A DNA stretch of 64,000 nt, taken from Vicugna vicugna (taxonomy: Eukaryota). The DNA lies in the NCBI GenBank assembly GCA_013265495.1, contig MU058636.1, forward strand, positions 5,925,741-5,989,740, given 5' to 3'. The notes under the pieces are model-generated. The model saw nothing but the letters and a program-made list of their open reading frames with translations, searched no databases and was not told the origin of the DNA. This document shows, one piece after another, positions 62,151 to 64,000 of the stretch. The position numbers and the translations under genes are program-made. Every line of letters begins with the position of its first letter. Within the stretch, counting starts at the first letter, position 1.

Positions 62151-63193
62151 ATACTCTTTATGGACCCTATTATTGTCAGTAGAAAACAATTCTGAGGCCC
62201 GTATGTGATGAGGGCATATGGCCAGCTGCAGGCATTTGAAGAAAATAGCTTTTTACATTTCCTTTTATTGAATTTGGAGAATTTGCGGTTTAATGCAGAG
62301 TTTCGTGCTGCATTTCAATACAGCAAAACGTGGAAGGAAGTTCTTTTAAAGCTACAGATGGATTGTGTAACGCTTTGATTAAATAGTTGTTAGTGAGTCA
62401 CATTTCCCTGCACTCATCAAGGGCTTTTCTCTGAAGATGGTAATTCTCACCTTTGATTTCATTATTTTATGAAGGAAGACAGAAGGGAAAAGGAAATACA
62501 ATTTAAAGAGTTATTTTACTCATCCAATCAATATGCAAAAAGGAAAACCAAGAGGACACACAAGAAATAAACTAGCACACTGCCAAGCTTTCTAGGCATG
62601 AGGTTTTTTTTAAGATCTAAAATCGCTGGTTATAAAATTAATAAATTAGCTTTCTGATTAAAATGTAACCAACTTTCAAAATGAATTCTCCTCTTCATCC
62701 CTAACGCAGTGGTGCTGTGTGCATAAGGCAATGAGTCAGGAACTTCCCAGCGATAGAGTGTTGCCTCTTGGGTTCTCACAGTGAAAGAATATTTAATAGT
62801 GTACTGTTATATCCCTTTTAGTGTGTTTATGATTTTAAGTCTCTTCTTTTCTGGAAACTCAGTTACACATCCTAGAGGGTGGAGAGCTTGTGTGTGGTGC
62901 CTTCCGTGTTCCCCCTGGTTTGACTGCGACAGGCATGTGTATCACATGTAGGAGACAGGAGAAAGGCAGATGGGTTCCAAGTCCAGAAAAGCTCTAATAT
63001 ACAAAATAGAACTGCGTAGAAAAATACATGGCTTATATTTAAACACAGCTATTTGGTCCTTTAATATACAGGAAGAATACTATGGAAGGTTTTTGAGACA
63101 GGAAATGGGGGGAAAAAACTATAGAGAAAGACGGTCTATTTTTTCCCATGGGATCCCCAGAGGCAGTTGATCTAGGCGATATTTCTTCCCATC

Positions 63194-63590
63194 TGTGGTG
63201 AGAGTGCTAGCTATTTACCAAACTCTGTTTCCTCTCCTTCCCAGCACTCAGCTAGAACTCATTTTCCAGTTGCCCCTACAGTTTGGCGTGGCCAAATTAT
63301 ATTTATAGTGAATGGAATGTGAGTAGAAGTGACATCTGTCATATCTAGGCCTGGCATGAAAACCTCCCACACATGTTCTTCCATACTCTTCCCATTTTTG
63401 CTGACTTTGGAAGGCACGTGTCAGAGATGACAGGCATTACCAGCCTGTCGCCCTGAAAGACTGCGCCCACTGACTTGAACCAGCCTGAACCACCCCGACC
63501 TATGACCTAAACGAGAGCTTTCTGTCATTTGGAGGCGTTGCCTGTTGGGCCCATTTGTCACTGCAGTTTTCACATACCATAACTAACATA
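63194..63590 (+). mobile_element. MaLR solo LTR, MLT1J-like
   Basis: tgtggtg...cagctagaactcattttccag...aatggaatgtgagtagaagtgac...ctaggcctggc...aaaacctccca...tttgtcactgcag...taactaa. Confidence 0.75.
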
Positions 63591-63598
63591 CTTGCAAC

Positions 63599-63970
63599 TG
63601 TTGGGTCAGGATAAATGCTACTTCGAGCTGGGAGCTGAGAGATCACTGGAACAGGACTCTCAGCAATGTTGGTTGGGCACATCATCACAGAGACAGATCA
63701 GACAGCGCTCATGTGATGCTAAGGGTTCTGCCTTTACTGCCACATTTCTCAAGGTGCTACTCAGCACACATCCAGTGCAAGCTGAGTGGGCCATAGAATC
63801 TGCCGAAGACTCACTACCGAGTTAACGATGATGGATGGAGGAAGCAGCACTCCAGACCTCAACAAGAAGAGCAGAATGGCTCCCAAAAGAGTATATGAGC
63901 CGTCTGGGATTCTGCCCTCTAGGGGATGGGAAAGGACCTGGGAGGCTCGGAGCACCAATGGCATCCTTGT
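63599..63970 (-). mobile_element. Probable ERV LTR fragment (family unassigned)
   Basis: Starts TG on +; minus strand has AGTAAA followed by a GT/T-rich stretch (U5-like layout); no confident family match. Confidence 0.35.
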
Positions 63971-64000
63971 GTGTGTGTGTATGTGTGTCAGTGTGTAAAT

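Noticed and set aside
1..64000. Host protein-coding gene or prokaryote-style system (operon, CRISPR, defence locus)
   Set aside because: The DNA is repeat-laden eutherian sequence. ORFs are short, many start at non-ATG codons and lack recognisable homology except L1 remnants. There is no spacer-repeat array and no chain of exons with consistent splice sites and frame.

Overview
Mammalian (eutherian) non-coding DNA, either intergenic or deep intronic. It is almost certainly from a camelid (alpaca/llama/camel), judged from three tRNA-Ala(AGC)-derived Vic-1-type SINEs and young L1 3' ends. A large part of the window is interspersed repeat: old L1M/L2/MIR, MaLR and ERV LTRs, hAT DNA transposons (MER63-, MER5A-, MER53-, MER58-, Charlie1-like), two young 5'-truncated L1s and microsatellites. 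I found no host protein-coding exon, true tRNA/rRNA gene or CRISPR array. The only ORFs with recognisable homology are decayed L1 ORF1/ORF2 pieces. I cannot support a claim of a new biological system. The best leads are: (1) a weak CpG island at ~61.7-62.15 kb with a ~93-130 nt GC-rich fold-back, a YY1 motif and a downstream splice-donor-like site; (2) a 219-bp near-perfect tandem duplication with oddly clustered differences, possibly an assembly artefact; (3) a MER53 hairpin keeping the miR-1302 seed; (4) a 210-codon orphan ORF; (5) several enhancer/CTCF/G4-like motif clusters. Repeat family names come from recalled consensus sequences, not a database search, and boundaries of old repeats are approximate (tens of bp).
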